This document shows positions 12,084 to 25,056 of a stretch of DNA of 64,000 nt, one piece after another. Made by a program: the position numbers and the translations under genes. Each line of letters starts with the position of its first letter. Position 1 is the stretch's first letter. Source of the DNA: Oculina patagonica (Eukaryota); assembly GCF_052425735.1 (NCBI RefSeq), contig NC_135758.1, positions 3,162,001 through 3,226,000 of the forward strand. The letters are read 5' to 3'. Below the pieces are notes generated by a model, which saw only the letters and a list, made by a program, of their open reading frames with translations, had not been told where the DNA came from and did no database searches.

Positions 12084-12101
12084 ATGTCCGTTTTAACGCA
12101 G
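12084..12101 (+). CDS. Candidate alternative first coding exon MSVLTQ
   Basis: Core motif at ~12029-12057, then CAG|GTAAGT. A local ~65-bp duplication adds a second ATG-less donor at 12167. Confidence 0.45.
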
Positions 12102-13329
12102 GTAAGTGTACGTCAGTTGTAAAATAACAGTGTTGTTTTAACAGCACACTTGTCCCTTTTAAACAGGTAAGTGAACGTCAGTTGTAAAATAACAGTGTTG
12201 TTTTAACAGCACACTTAAAAACTGAGTAAGGTGCTCTCGCTGTAGTTTTTATAATGAAACTGGTGGAATGAATGTTTACACACTGCGCAGCTTAGCTTCA
12301 CTAAAAAAAGGAATTTCAGCCAGACCCCCTTGAAAAGAAGTTATGAACCTATCCTAAACCGCTGGCGTTGTTATAAACAACGATATAAATTTCAAAAAGC
12401 ACTATCACTATTTTGTGTTCCTTCTTACCCTTGTTCGTTGTCGGCATGCATCAAAATTTTGGTGTTCCCTGAGTGAGGTTATTCAAATCTTATTTTAGAC
12501 TAGACTGTGAGATGTTTTGTCCATTCTCGCAGATATTGCGACGGGGAAATTTCCTGAAACGTCTGGCTTTTCATAACACATGTTTTTGAAGTGAAAGATA
12601 TGATAAATAAATACTACCCTTATTATGACTGTACAAAAACTTAGCGTCTGATCATATTTAAGCCACACTTAAAGTCGTTTTTAATTATAAGCTCTTATTA
12701 TTCTAGCCTGCGTAGCTGGCGGGATTTGACTGCGAGTGCTTGCTTTGAGACGGGCCGGCGAACGGCAAAGAGAGGGAATCGCGGAGCCGCGAGGAATTTG
12801 GAGCGAGCCGCGAGGGAATTATTATTCAAGCAAGTCGTGTGGTAAAAATAGATCGTTTCTGCTTATCTTACTGAACTGAGATTTTGCGCAGATCTTGCCA
12901 TTAAACATGGGTCTTTAATGACCCTATATGTGAACATACTGTAGGTTTAATTGTGTAAATGGCCTTGAAATGGAATATGACATTGGTACTAAGTGTAAAG
13001 ATGATTGTTTATTCAATTTGCTTTGGCAAAAGCTTCAAGATTCTCGAATAAGAACGGCTAGGAATAGGAATGATTTACCGATTGACTCCTCCCTAATTTT
13101 TACTTCAATTAACATTCCATTCATCTTAACATTGAATCATATATATTTTTAAATTTGGTCACAGGGACCTAACCGAAGTTTTTTTTTAAGCAAAATGCAT
13201 TTTAAATTGCACGACGTTTGAGCTTTCGTATTTATTTTTAGACAGTCGCTACAGGATCACGGGCAACAATGAAATTTTCGCAGCTGGGTAAGTCTGTGAA
13301 AGAGTGAACTACGACTGATAAGCGATCTT

Positions 13330-13356
13330 ATGCTCAACATGTCTCTTTCAAAGCAG
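13330..13356 (+). CDS. Candidate alternative first coding exon MLNMSLSKQ
   Basis: Core motif at ~13286-13315, then CAG|GTAAGT, phase 0. Confidence 0.5.
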
Positions 13357-14110
13357 GTAAGTGAAGGTCAAATGTAAGCAACAATGTTGTTTAAAGAGCA
13401 AATTTCAAAGCAGAGTTAGGTGCTCGTGCAGTATTTCAAATCACTTCCATGCACTAGGTGCATAATTCTCAAAGTTAAAAATACGTCGATTTCGAGGCGA
13501 TTAAACAGCATATAACATTCGACGGCTTAATCGAAAATAGCAACACCTTTCATTTGTTTCTTTAAGTGGTGTTGAGTGCATGATTAGCAGATCTATGTAG
13601 CTAGTCTGTCCTGCAGTTCTAAGTGCCGGAATTTATCATAGTTCAAATGAAGAAATTTGCAAATATACCACAATTTCATCTCCAAACTGACCAAAATAAT
13701 GTTTAGATACTGCGCAGTTTCAGTAAAGAAAGCGATTTCAGCCAGACACACTTGATAGGAAAATTAAGTCATCGTATGATTGAAGTCCATAGTAACTGGC
13801 TTAATCATTGCTTCATTTCCTTGTTCCTTATTTGGTTTGTTCGAGTTCGGGCTGCATCATCAAGTTTCGGTGTTCTTTGAAGAAAAAAAACACACATCAA
13901 CATTCCACGAAACGGGTTTCAGAGGTTCATGCTTCGCTGATGATTCGAAAATGAAAGAGCAGTTGCGCTCAGTGTGGGGTAACTTGTTTTGCTGTGTCAA
14001 TCATTTCATTAGCTTAATAATTTATTCTCCGTCAAAGTACAATCGCTGGGTGCGTCAGTTGCAGAGTGAACTACAATAGCTGCGCGAGTGTTCCATTTTG
14101 AAGAGATTAT

Positions 14111-14137
14111 ATGTTCAACATGTCCTTTTCAAAGCAA
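14111..14137 (+). CDS. Candidate alternative first coding exon MFNMSFSKQ
   Basis: Core motif at ~14048-14074, then CAA|GTAAGT, phase 0. Confidence 0.5.
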
Positions 14138-16650
14138 GTAAGTGAATTTAAAGTAAAAGTACGCAATTTGACGGTCGAAGCATAAGTATTGCTTGCTTAT
14201 AATAGTAATGAAGCTCACTCTCTTCACCAAGACAAATGGTCTCTTTAAAATGTCTTTGTAACATTCATTGTTGTGATCCCATTCTATTTGTAATTGCGTT
14301 CAATGGAAAACTTAGTTAGTGGTACGTTTGATATTTTTGATAAGATACAACCATTTGATACCAGCATACACTCTTGTTATTAGGTTGTACATCATTTGAC
14401 AACAGTCAAAACATGTCTTCGTTTGCGATTCTGAACAAAATTCTAGGAGTCGATCGAGGAAGAATTAGATTGCAACACCAATTCCGTTGACACATATCTC
14501 ATACCTCGGTATGTTTTCTTAAATAAATAAAATGATAATTTTTACAGAAACACATTCGTAGAACACTATTTTTTCTCAATGAATTGACCTTTTTGTGACA
14601 CACGAAATGTCTAAGCAATCTTCTGAGATACAATTCCAAAGAGGTTCTTGAGATTTTTCTTTGAACAAAAGGGAATTATCTGGGATGTATGTCTTAAAAA
14701 TATTCTGTACAAGAAAACTTAAAACCAACCGACTCGGCAGTACAAAGTTTCTAGTGCAACATGATTGCACATAAAAAACACAACACACAGTCGGTATTCA
14801 TTGTATCTGGCTCATTTAGATTCGTTTAATTGCAAATTGTCACACTGATTTGTTTGTTTAATCCCCCACTTACATCTTAAGTGCCTAAATAAGCAAATAT
14901 TGACTCGACAAAAAAGACAAATTTATATTAAAGCGCTGGGAGTAATTAACAGAGACAAATAATTTCCTTTCACACAACTACATAACAGCACTCAACAGTC
15001 ATTCTAACATGTATTTGGAACCGATCAGTGTACGATATGGTATGATTCCTCGGATTGTTTGATTCGAAAGTTTCGTCATTTGTCATGATATTCACTATAT
15101 GGTCATCAAGTGTCCTGTCTCGTTAACGCGTGATTAACGCATGGGTGCCGATTCATTATATCAAGTTGATCTTGTTTTGATGGGTGCAGTGGAATCCATA
15201 TTTCTCGAATCTCCCGATAACTCGAACCAAAAGTCATTTCTCTTCCCTCGCTAGTATACTGCAGTTGTATCCCCGATAAATTCATTTCTCGAACTAATTT
15301 CGCTTCCCCTTTTGAGGTTCTGTTTTTTTTGTTCTGTTTTTATCACTTTGTGGTTTTCATCATGATAACCCTTTAGAATTTGATGGGAGTAAAAGAACAA
15401 TTGGTTGAGTTATGGGTCAGTAATAGAGCGCTTGAAGCGCTTTTACATTCGTCTTTTGAAACAGAGATATAAGTCTAAGTCAAGTAAGAGCACATATAAA
15501 CAAGTTTTAAAACGAGGTGTAAGCGTTTCGACGACAGAATTTCTTTCTCAATTTACAAAAGTGACTCTTCTAGCGACAAACCCATCAGAGTGATATTCGG
15601 TTCATCTTTTCTTTTCCATCTGACAGCCTTGGAGCACTTTGAAACAAAATTATAGTGTCTGCGCTTTTTCTGACATTGATGCATGGAAAGTTTGTACCCC
15701 AAAGTAGACCGATTTGAACACACAATTTACTGAGGCCCATTGTCTACAGGTCATAGACTAAACTATCTACAGAGCTCATAACTAAAACTAAACTAAACCA
15801 CTAAAGGAAAACCACCGAAACAACCGAAACGAGAGAAAATTAACTAGATAAAATGACTGATACATGTGAAAAAAGTGGTCATGGGTTTCGCTTGTTTCAG
15901 TTGTTTTGTTTCGTTTCGCTGGTTTTGGCCATTTCGTTTGTTTCGTCGGTTTCCTTTTGGTGGTTTAGTTTTCGTTGTTGCGGCTTTTATTCAATGCCGA
16001 TTGGTGTGGCAATGGCTTCAAGATCATTGTAAAACAATTAAAACCCAGTTTGCGGGCGGCGGGCCGGGCGCCGAGCACCGGGGGGGGGGGGGGAGGGGGG
16101 GGAGAGGGGGGGAAGAGAGGGGGGGGGCGAGGGGGGGAGGAGGGGGGCGGGGAGGGGGGGGGGGGGGGGGGGCGGGGGGACGGGGGGAGGACGGGGGCGG
16201 GCGGAGGCGGGGAGGGAGGGCGGAGGGGGGCGGCGGGGAGGGGAGGGGAGCCGGGGAGCCGGCGGGGAGGGGCCCGCGCGGAGGGGCGGACGCGGGGGAC
16301 GCCGGGGGGGCCGGCCGCCGCAGAGCCCCGGGAGAGGGGACCGGGCGAGGGAGCGGGGGACGGGGGGGCGAGCAAGACACGCCGGACGGGGCGGGCGCAG
16401 ACGCGGCGGAGAGAAACGACAGCCGGAAAAGCGCGTCGAGGCTAAGTTTAGCGTTGCAAACATTTAAATGACTCACCGATGGACCCCCCACCTGTTTTCA
16501 ATTAAGCCAACATTCCATTTGCCTCAACAGTAAAACATACTCTTTTAATTAGGTCGCAGAGACCTGTCCTAACATTTTTTAAGGAAAATGCATTAGGGAA
16601 CTGCACGACTTTTAGACAGTCCAAACGGGATCGGCAACGATGAAATCAAT

Positions 16651-16727
16651 TGAGTGAGTCAGTGACAGAGAGGACTACGACTGCTAAGCATTTTATGCTC
16701 AACGTGTCCCATTCAAAACAGGGAAGT
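16651..16727 (+). pseudogene. Dead first-exon cassette (MLNVSHSKQ, donor mutated to GGAAGT)
   Basis: Core at 16651-16681, ATG at 16695, CAG|GG at 16722. Confidence 0.45.
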
Positions 16728-16986
16728 AAACCTTTGTTGTAAGTAACAGCTGACGGAAAGAAAGTTTACACACTGTGCAGCTTCAGTAGGCAGCCGATTT
16801 CAACCTGCAGACACACCTGATAACAAACGGTAGGTAGAACGTTTGATAGATGAATCCATTTTAAGCCATTTCCGTAAACGACGAAGTATTTTTTCGTTTT
16901 CGCTTAGTTCGTTGTCGGGCTGTATCACTAAGTTTAGTGCTCTTTGACAGAGTTGATTGAATTCCAACATCTCAATCAAGGGTGTT

Positions 16987-17239
16987 AAAATTGGACGTCT
17001 CATAAATGTGAGAAGGAGCGGTTACAATTTGCGAGGTGCAAATGTCTTGACATTACCTAAGGCAAATAGTACCAAATACGGACTTAAACGTTTCAGTTAT
17101 TACGCCGCAAAACAATGGAACGGACTTCCCGAGAACGTACGCTGCCTAGCTGGCACCAAAGATTTTATACGCAACATTCGAAATTTAACGTTTTAAATTG
17201 TAAGTTTCTATTTTTTAGGATTTTTTATAGCGATGTTAA
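16987..17239 (+). mobile_element. 3' fragment of CR1/L2-group LINE
   Basis: YNLRG..LTLPK..STKYGLKRFSYYAAKQWNGLP is the typical ORF2 C-terminus. 15-bp direct repeat TCAATCAAGGGTGTT at 16972 and 17240. Confidence 0.7.
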
Positions 17240-17545
17240 TCAATCAAGGGTGTTTTAATTTTTTATATTTTTAATCATGTTAATTATATTATCTATAGTA
17301 GCTAGCATTTTTATATTGTATATATTTTAATTAATTTAGATTTTAGGTTTTTAATTTCGTGAAATAACTGTAAACTAGCCGTAAAGCTAAGATTATTNNN
17401 NNNNNNNNNNNNNNNNNNNNNNNNNNNNNNNNNNNNNNNNNNNNNNNNNNNNNNNNNNNNNNNNNNNNNNNNNNNNNNNNNNNNNNNNNNNNNNNNNNNN
17501 NNNNNNNNNNNNNNNNNNNNNNNNNNNNNNNNNNNNNNNNNNNNN

Positions 17546-17747
17546 ATGTCAAGAGTCCAACTTCAACCGGGATTTCATGCAGCTTTTAATTTAAGCTCAA
17601 CGTTTCGGCCTTCGAGGCCTTCTTCAGGAGCTTACATTAAGTTGAAACCAACTTAATGTAAGCTCCTGAAGAAGGCCTCGAAGGCCGAAACGTTGAGCTT
17701 AAATTAAAAGCTGCATGAAATCCCGGTTGAATTTGGACTCTTGACAT
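17546..17747. repeat. ~200-bp palindrome carrying a hammerhead in each arm (PLE-type)
   Basis: Arms pair almost perfectly around a 4-nt loop at ~17645-17648. Confidence 0.8.
17660..17700 (+). ncRNA. Minimal hammerhead ribozyme (mirror copy 17593-17633 on - strand)
   Basis: AAGCTC-CTGAAGA-A-GGCC-TCGAA-GGCC-GAAA-CGTT-GAGCTT: 6-bp stem I, 4-bp stem II, palindromic AACGTT stem III. Confidence 0.8.
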
Positions 17748-19539
17748 TTACACAATTACGCATTTATGGAAAAGTTTCGAATTCAAGTTTCCACGATCGC
17801 CAAAGTGATCCTTTGAACGAGGATTTAAGGAGAGCATAGTTTGAGTGACCTNNNNNNNNNNNNNNNNNNNNNNNNNNNNNNNNNNNNNNNNNNNNNNNNN
17901 NNNNNNNNNNNNNNNNNNNNNNNNNNNNNNNNNNNNNNNNNNNNNNNNNNNNNNNNNNNNNNNNNNNNNNNNNNNNNNNNNNNNNNNNNNNNNNNNNNNN
18001 NNNNNNNNNNNNNCTGTCTAAGACTGTCTATCTGTAAATCTGTCTATTGCCCCAGTCCTTTCATGTCGTTCAAAATAACCTTTATTTTGTAACAATTACA
18101 AATTATCTGCTATATTAGTGCTTCACATAAAGATTAAAAAAAAGATAAAATATGCCATAATGAGCTAGACATATGCACTGTGAAATTTAAATCTTCAATT
18201 AGTCATGTCTTTAAAACCAGGGTACTTGGCGGCAATGTCTTCGAATTCCTCACCAATTGGTAAACCTTGTCTGCAAAACAGGGCAAATGCCTTTTTTCTC
18301 TGACTATCTATTTATCTATTTATTTACTTACTATCCATTTATCTATATCTATATATCTGTCTTTGCTTCTTTTTGTCTTTTGCTGTATTTCTGTCTACCT
18401 ATCTATTCTGTCTGTTCTGTCTCTCTGTCTGTTTGTCTATCTTCATATCTGTCCGTCTGTCGGACAATTTGTGTTATCCGTCCGTCGGTTGTAGCGGAAA
18501 TTGCATCCCATCGCTTCCATTGAGCATGTTTGCTCAGGACGAGTTCTACAAACAGAAATCAAGTCTTCCCTTCCATAACGACTAGGCTGCGACTTTTTTG
18601 ATGTCTGATCTACATTTCGAGCACAAAAGTAAAGCTTACACCAAGAAACATAGTGCTGCGGAAAATTTCCTATTTAACGAGGAGAGAAATTGAGCAAACA
18701 AAAAATAACATATCAAATTTAATATCTAAGTAAAGGTATTAAAAGGCTTCGTGTGGTATACTAATGCGGATTGAAAATCAAAATTTGTCCTTTGTAATAT
18801 GCTTCTTGTTACGTGACAGTCATGTTTATAAGCCATTGTAACTTAACTTGGCTATCAATTCCCCCTATGACCATTATGGAGAACGGAGAGATGTATTCTT
18901 TTGCTCTTCCTTGAAAACAGGACGAAGTATAGTAAAAAGTGACCATTAAAGGCCACAAGTATTTCTTTTCCTTTCAACTCTTCGGCGAATTAATTAACTA
19001 TTTAATTCTGCTCTTCTTCAATGGGGTGCCTTTTTGAATGTTCAACATTTGCTGGCAATGTCTTTGTTCTTTGCAACCAGACCGGTTTATGGGCAAACTA
19101 TAATGGCGGAGTACTATTTATGTATTCCCAAATACCTATTATTTGACGACAGATTGCGTGGCAAACATCGTGTGCAAGAGGGCACACAAGCAAGAAATTC
19201 TAACAATTTCCTCTCTTTAAACTCAAAAATGCAAACCAACAATTTCAAGAACAAGTGTCAAAGAATAATAAAAAAAATAGATTGAAAAGCTGAACCTAAA
19301 CGTATATCACCATTAGGTTTCAAGGTATCTCAGGTAACAGGTCAGTACTGCTGTAATGGCCAAAAACAGTACAGTTGTCCCAATGTGTAAAAACAGTTCT
19401 TTAATCTTTAGGGTGGTTTAAAAGCTCGGTCTGCAGGGTGGTTATTATAATCCACTCTGGTTTCTTTAGTAGTCACCGACTTTCAGGCTCAGGGGAATGA
19501 ACCTTCACTTTGGAGGCGTCACCCTGAGGAAAAAAATCC

Positions 19540-19900
19540 GTCTCCTCCTTCTTCATAACTGAAGGCATGCCCAGCTTTCGTTGGCCACCATCTGTACATT
19601 CCGTGACAAACCTTTCATATGTAGCGTAGCAATATGACCCTCGTAAAGTGTTTGCAGCTCACTCTCTCTCTCTGTCTTAGTTTGGTTGGGATACGTATTT
19701 TACAACCCCACATAAATTGTGATTTCAATCCTACGAAAAGCATATGGAATAAGCTCTGGGTGAATTTCTGCCGCTTGCCATCACAGCTGCACGAGCTCTA
19801 AAACACGTGAAAATAATGGGTCTTTAAGAGTATGCAGTCTCAGCTCTTGCTCCTTAATTGGTTGGGGCTCGACTGAACTGGTGACAGACCATATTATAAC
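19540..19900 (-). mobile_element. Decayed Ty3/Gypsy pol fragment (RNase H-integrase junction)
   Basis: Minus-strand translation LKDPLFSRVLELV..PELIPYAFRRIEITI..GC..IPTKLR..LYEGH..MKGLSR..WWP matches the Gypsy integrase zinc-binding region, with stops and frameshifts. Confidence 0.65.
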
Positions 19901-21780
19901 AGCTGACATGCTGCTTGATCCTTTGGAACTCAATGATGTACAAAAAGGACCCAGACACCAACATTGTATATATCCTTGCTGCTGCAGTGACTGACACGGC
20001 ACTTCGTGGCTCCAATATGTACTTCAACTCCTTATCGTGAGGCTTCGGCTCTTGCCATGTGGCAGCAGGCCATGGACCAGGGTATTCCAAGAGTTTTCTG
20101 CTGCCCAGAAGATATCATTCTGACCTGCCGTACAATCGAGAAACGCCCTAAGCGATAAGCTGCAGCGTCGAGGAGGCTTGAAGAACATGGCCTGAGGGCC
20201 AACTGAGAGCATAAATCCCTTTAAAGTTGTGTGGAGTATTTGAAACTCCACACATTTTGCGTATCGCAGAAAAAATCACACGGTTGTGTAGCATCCTGAG
20301 TTTTTGGCATCGCGGTGATGACGTTTAAGTCCTTGGGAGATTGGTGCAGCTTTTCAGCAAAGATGACATAATCATATGAAACAATCCACACATTTTTGTT
20401 GATGGTAAATCGATTTTTCTTTTCGCACAATGTTTGAGAAAAGAATAACTACGCTTGAAGATCTTGTAAACGAAAGCAATGACTTAATTACTAAGTAGAA
20501 TCCAGGTGGCTCAATTTTTGCGCTGCCAATTGATGCGCTGCCAACGAAATGACAGGATTCTTTGACGTCTTGTGGACACAAGCACGGTAACGAATTTGTT
20601 CTAAATGGTATCCTTAAATTACTTTCTAAAAATCGGGAAGTGTTGATTAACAAAGCCGAATATAAAAATGTCTATGGTGAAGTATGAAACCCCTCCAACT
20701 GCGAAAGTGAAATATATATTCGGAGCAGTATTCTAGCAGTATTCTATATACATCAAGGTTTATTTATAAAATTCAAGATTTATGTATAAAAAAACTAAAA
20801 AACGATTTATTTATATAAATCAAGATTCAATTACAGTACATAAATCAAGACTTTTTAATATTCATCATATTTTTTTAAAAAAATATACGTCAAGTTTATT
20901 TATTCATTGTTATCAAGATTCATTTGTATACTTCGAGATTAAAAAGTTCTAAATGAGGTTTCGAGGAAAATCGTTAAACTCTGATATTAGCCTCACTACT
21001 GTTCTCGTTATGCAACAGTGACATCACATGTATACTCACGTGTGTTCATTGCGTATGTTTTGCTGAGGAGCTTTCCACTCTTTTTTCGTGCAAACAAAAA
21101 GCCGGAGAGCCAATTGGTTTTTAATTTCTTCCCTTACTGAAGCAGAAGAAGCAAGTTCTAACTCGCCGTCTAATGCCATCCTCGAAGGGTCGAATGTGTT
21201 GGTGAGTCAGTTGACAATATTTATACATAAATTGGTGGTACTGTAACGTATAACTGCTTGTAGTTGAGATAACCTTACTCTATTTTGACTTCCAGTGCAA
21301 AGCTTGTGCAACTTCTAAATAGAATTGTGTGACTGGTAACTACATTTAGGCGTTGAAGCAATTATATCACGAGGCCACGAACGTGCAGAACGAACATGTG
21401 TGAGTGTGCCACGTTTTGGTTTGTTATATAATCAGTGCACGTGCATGCCTAGAGAAAGGGTCATAAAAAGTGACAGGAAAAATGGCTATATTAAAAATGC
21501 ACGAACTCAATATATAGGACACAGCAGGAAAGTCCAAAATAGTTCGAGAGTGTAAAAATTTCGATGATGTTGAGAAGGTTAATACTACAAACAGATAAGA
21601 TCACCATTGGAAAAAGAAATAGCCATGAGAAATGATGGTGTCTCGCCATGCGGCCATATTTACACTTGCGCCTTGTTTTCTCTTCGCGCTCGACAGAGAT
21701 AGAGAGGGTCTACTAGTAGTCTAAAATAGTTCAGAAAAATCTGGATAAGTTGTAGACGAAGTTTAGTCGATCATAGCTTG

Positions 21781-21871
21781 ATGACCATCAAATTTTCTAG
21801 TGCATTTCATCACGATGGCTTCGATCACAAACATGAGGCAAATGAAGAAGTAACCGTTGGAGATCTTGAAG
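21781..21871 (+). CDS. Exon 1 (predicted) of Cys-Pro-repeat protein gene; MTIKFSSAFHHDGFDHKHEANEEVTVGDLE, phase-1 end
   Basis: ATG at 21781, open frame to donor G|GTAGAC (GT 21872, weak consensus). Phase 1 matches the next exon. TATA-like sequences at ~21425 and ~21511. Confidence 0.6.
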
Positions 21872-22659
21872 GTAGACTTTTTTACTTCTTTTAAAAAATT
21901 TCTTATTTAATGAGATTAGCCATGATAACCGTGATTATTTTCTAAATCTGGAAGTCAAATGAAGAAAGTTGTGCTATGATATATATCTTAAATGGAACGA
22001 TAGTGAAATAAGACTGTGTTGTTATTGTAATTTTCCTCATTTCAACAGGTGTTACCAAAACTAATACTATACTAACACAAATTCTTTAATATCATGTCAC
22101 ATTCATGTGGATAAATACGCTGTTTGTTAACAGGTATTCTTACCAACGATAATTGTGAAATCGTTCAGTTCTAGGTGAGAAATACAGTCCATTAATAGTC
22201 AACAGTAACTAACTGCTTTAAGCGAAATGGATGTCAACTTCCCTGATATTAAATTCTCCAAAACAACAATTGCTGATTTCTTTATCTAATCCCTACCTAA
22301 TAGTTAGTTAATGGTTACTTCCAATGAACCTGTATTACTGATGCCTTAGCTTGTTTTAAGTTAACTGACAAAAGAATATCGTTTTCTCAGACTGTGTTCA
22401 AGAGTTGACTTATAATGATGTGAAGCTGACTGTGACCTGACTGTATCTCAACAGCTTATTCCTTTACTAATCAGTACTTATGTCCCACATCAATTGCTGC
22501 CAAAGTCTCGATATGCATTAATGGAGATCTTCCTGAATCAGCGTCGCTCGTCCCAGCCCATGTAATGTAGCACAACTGAGCTGGTATTGGTAAAACGACA
22601 ACGATCCAAACTTTGAATGCCACCTTACCTTAAAGCAAATATTTTTTTACTTTTATGTA

Positions 22660-22836
22660 ATGTATATGAAATGATTCATATATGAACTGCGGATGGATAT
22701 GAAAGTGATAAATGATCATCGCAGTGAATTTCCAATTTAAGCAATTGGAATAAAGAAGCCCTGAATTTTTTTCTCAGGCTTCTTTATTCCAATTGCTTTA
22801 ATTGGAAATTCACTGCGATGATCATTTATCACTTTC
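22660..22836. repeat. Interspersed hairpin repeat next to exon 2 acceptor
   Basis: ~60-bp inverted arms spanning 22701-22836. Confidence 0.7.
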
Positions 22837-22859
22837 TTTTTTTACTTTGTTGATTGCAG

Positions 22860-22942
22860 CTGCAACCATCGATCGTGTAGCATCAGAAACATTGGCCAAG
22901 TTTGTAGAGAAGTGTCCCATTATCCCAAAGAATCCCAATGAG
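22860..22942 (+). CDS. Exon 2 (predicted); (A)ATIDRVASETLAKFVEKCPIIPKNPNE
   Basis: Pyrimidine tract plus TTGCAG| acceptor (22858-59) and GAG|GTAAGA donor (22943). Phase 1 in, phase 0 out. Contains a KCP motif like the downstream exons. Confidence 0.7.
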
Positions 22943-23900
22943 GTAAGACTTTTAAGCATTTGTGTTCCAAACAAGAATGTTTCATTCTCCCTTTCAGACC
23001 ACCATGTTTATCCTGTAATGTAATGTTAGTAAAGATCAAGAATTCAAAGATTCAGCAAGACAGTATGACCTGGTTGCTTGATACTGTAAATAGAAACTAG
23101 GTTTCAACTCTTGGGGATAAAGGAGTAAAAAATTTCGCATTTTCAAAACCATTCATTCATCTGTTGGTAGTCTATGCAGAATTATATTTTTAGAAACAAT
23201 TTTAAGAACTCAGAATTTTTTCTGAGTTCTTTCTCTCCACATATCAATCCATTATTATTTAATTTTAAGAACACCCTAAAAACATTTTCATGCTGATTTT
23301 GCAGAAAACACCCGATATATAGGAACAAAATCAGCTTGAAACCCTCTTTTATGCGAGTTTTTACTGTATCTAGTGTAATTGTATTTTTTGTGGAAGGTGT
23401 TGTGGTTGTGGTAGTCTTGGCTGTTTTCTATGGTAGTTTTAGCTGTTAAACTTTAATGGTGGTTGTGGTGGTTTTATAATTTGTGCTGTTGACGATATGC
23501 GTAGTAGTGGTGGTGGCTGTCACGGCTGTGGTAGTTTTGATGGTATTTGTTGCTGTTTTGATAAGTGCATCAGATTTTAGTTAGCTGTAGTAGTTATGAT
23601 AGGTATCCTGGTTCTAATGGTTTTCCAAAGGCAGTGGCAGTTTTTGTGGCTGCCGTAGTTTTGGTAACTGTGCTGGATGTGCTTAGTAGTTCTTGTTAGT
23701 TGAAGTTCTTAACTTTCGTACAGCTGTGTGGTAATAATCATATTTGAAACACTCACAGCGTGAGTGTTCAGTCTAATGGTTAGACTGAATTTACACCTTC
23801 TCAGGATAAAATCTAATTAAGTAACTGAATACATGTTCCCACGCAAAATTTACTCAAATGAAGCCCTTGTCTTCCAGTTTAAGATGTGAGATTTGACCTT

Positions 23901-24168
23901 AATTAGCCATGTTCAAAACGAGCAGGGGACTGGGTACGAATATTCAATATCGATTGGATTGAAAAAATGGGCCTGTCATTTGAAAGAGCATCCAAAAATT
24001 AGTAGCTCAACCAAATTTGAGAGTTATTGGTTTAAACGCAAAGGCATGGAACTCTTTTAAAAATCGTTTAAATAAGAGAGCTTAGTATGGCTGGATGGAC
24101 AGTTTTTCAATCCAATCGATATTGAATATTCGTACCCAGTCCCCTGCTCGTTTTGAACATGGCTAATT
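23901..24168. mobile_element. MITE with perfect ~66-bp TIRs
   Basis: AATTAGCCATGTTCAAAACGAGCAGGGG... and its reverse complement at 24103-24168. Confidence 0.8.
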
Positions 24169-24979
24169 GGTATTCACTAACATTGACTGTATTTTATAGC
24201 TGGCACAGTGAGGCTAATGTGCAGTCAACAAATTTTGTAAAACTAAACGAAAAGACAGGAAAGATCGTAAGCGTGAGTAAAAAGAGTGCCTGCAACAATT
24301 CTACCAACCACCCAACTTTCTTTGAGGCTTGTATATCAAGAATATCTTTTTTGAACCGTATTTTACGGATTTTTTAGTCTGTGCTTATTGTTACGATAAA
24401 AACCCTTTCAACTTGAACTCAGTGAATCAGTGTAACCTTTAGAATATTCCGTTATCTCCCTTATTCAGATGTTTTCCTAATGAAAATACTATCTTTACAG
24501 ATATGCTATTTTACCATATTATTGGCACCACCTCGACATTCACGGGTAAATAACTTGTTATGCAAAGGTTGTCATTATATTTCGTTGATATAGCTTGCCT
24601 TTTATTAAAATTATAATTTAATTAACCTTGTCTGTGTGATTCCTTCTGATTATTTTTCAGTTTCGTCTGAGCAATACGAAACTAACGTTTTTAGCAATTA
24701 ATTATGTAACAGATTATATTATAATCAACATTCCTTCCCTTTTATGCTCATCGTGCGTCTTTATTTATCCACAGCCTCTAATCGGTCTAATTTTCCTCCT
24801 CTAATACCCCACTCAACAATGCTGAAGAGCCCTAACCGGAGGATAGAGGAAATGAGCGGTTAACGCGTCGATGAATTCAAAGATGAAGTCCAGACTAACC
24901 TGTCTTGATGTGTCAATTGCTAGTTTGTTTTCAGGCTTTAATAAACTTTTATAATTTATTCGTCGTGAAAGTAATAAGT

Positions 24980-25056
24980 TGAGTGAGTTACTGAGAGAAC
25001 GAATTGCGACACCTGAACGATTCTATGCTCAATATGTATCTATGAAGCCGAGTAAT
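24980..25056 (+). pseudogene. Degenerate first-exon cassette (ATG CTC AAT ATG TAT CTA TGA)
   Basis: Diverged core and an in-frame stop. Confidence 0.4.

Noticed and set aside
16053-16445. Extremely G/GC-rich tract producing several Gly/Pro-rich ORFs
   Set aside because: Low complexity and open in most frames. It interrupts a module that is continuous in paralogous blocks (AAAAC.CAGTT...GTTGCAAAC). Most likely a sequencing or assembly artefact, not a gene.
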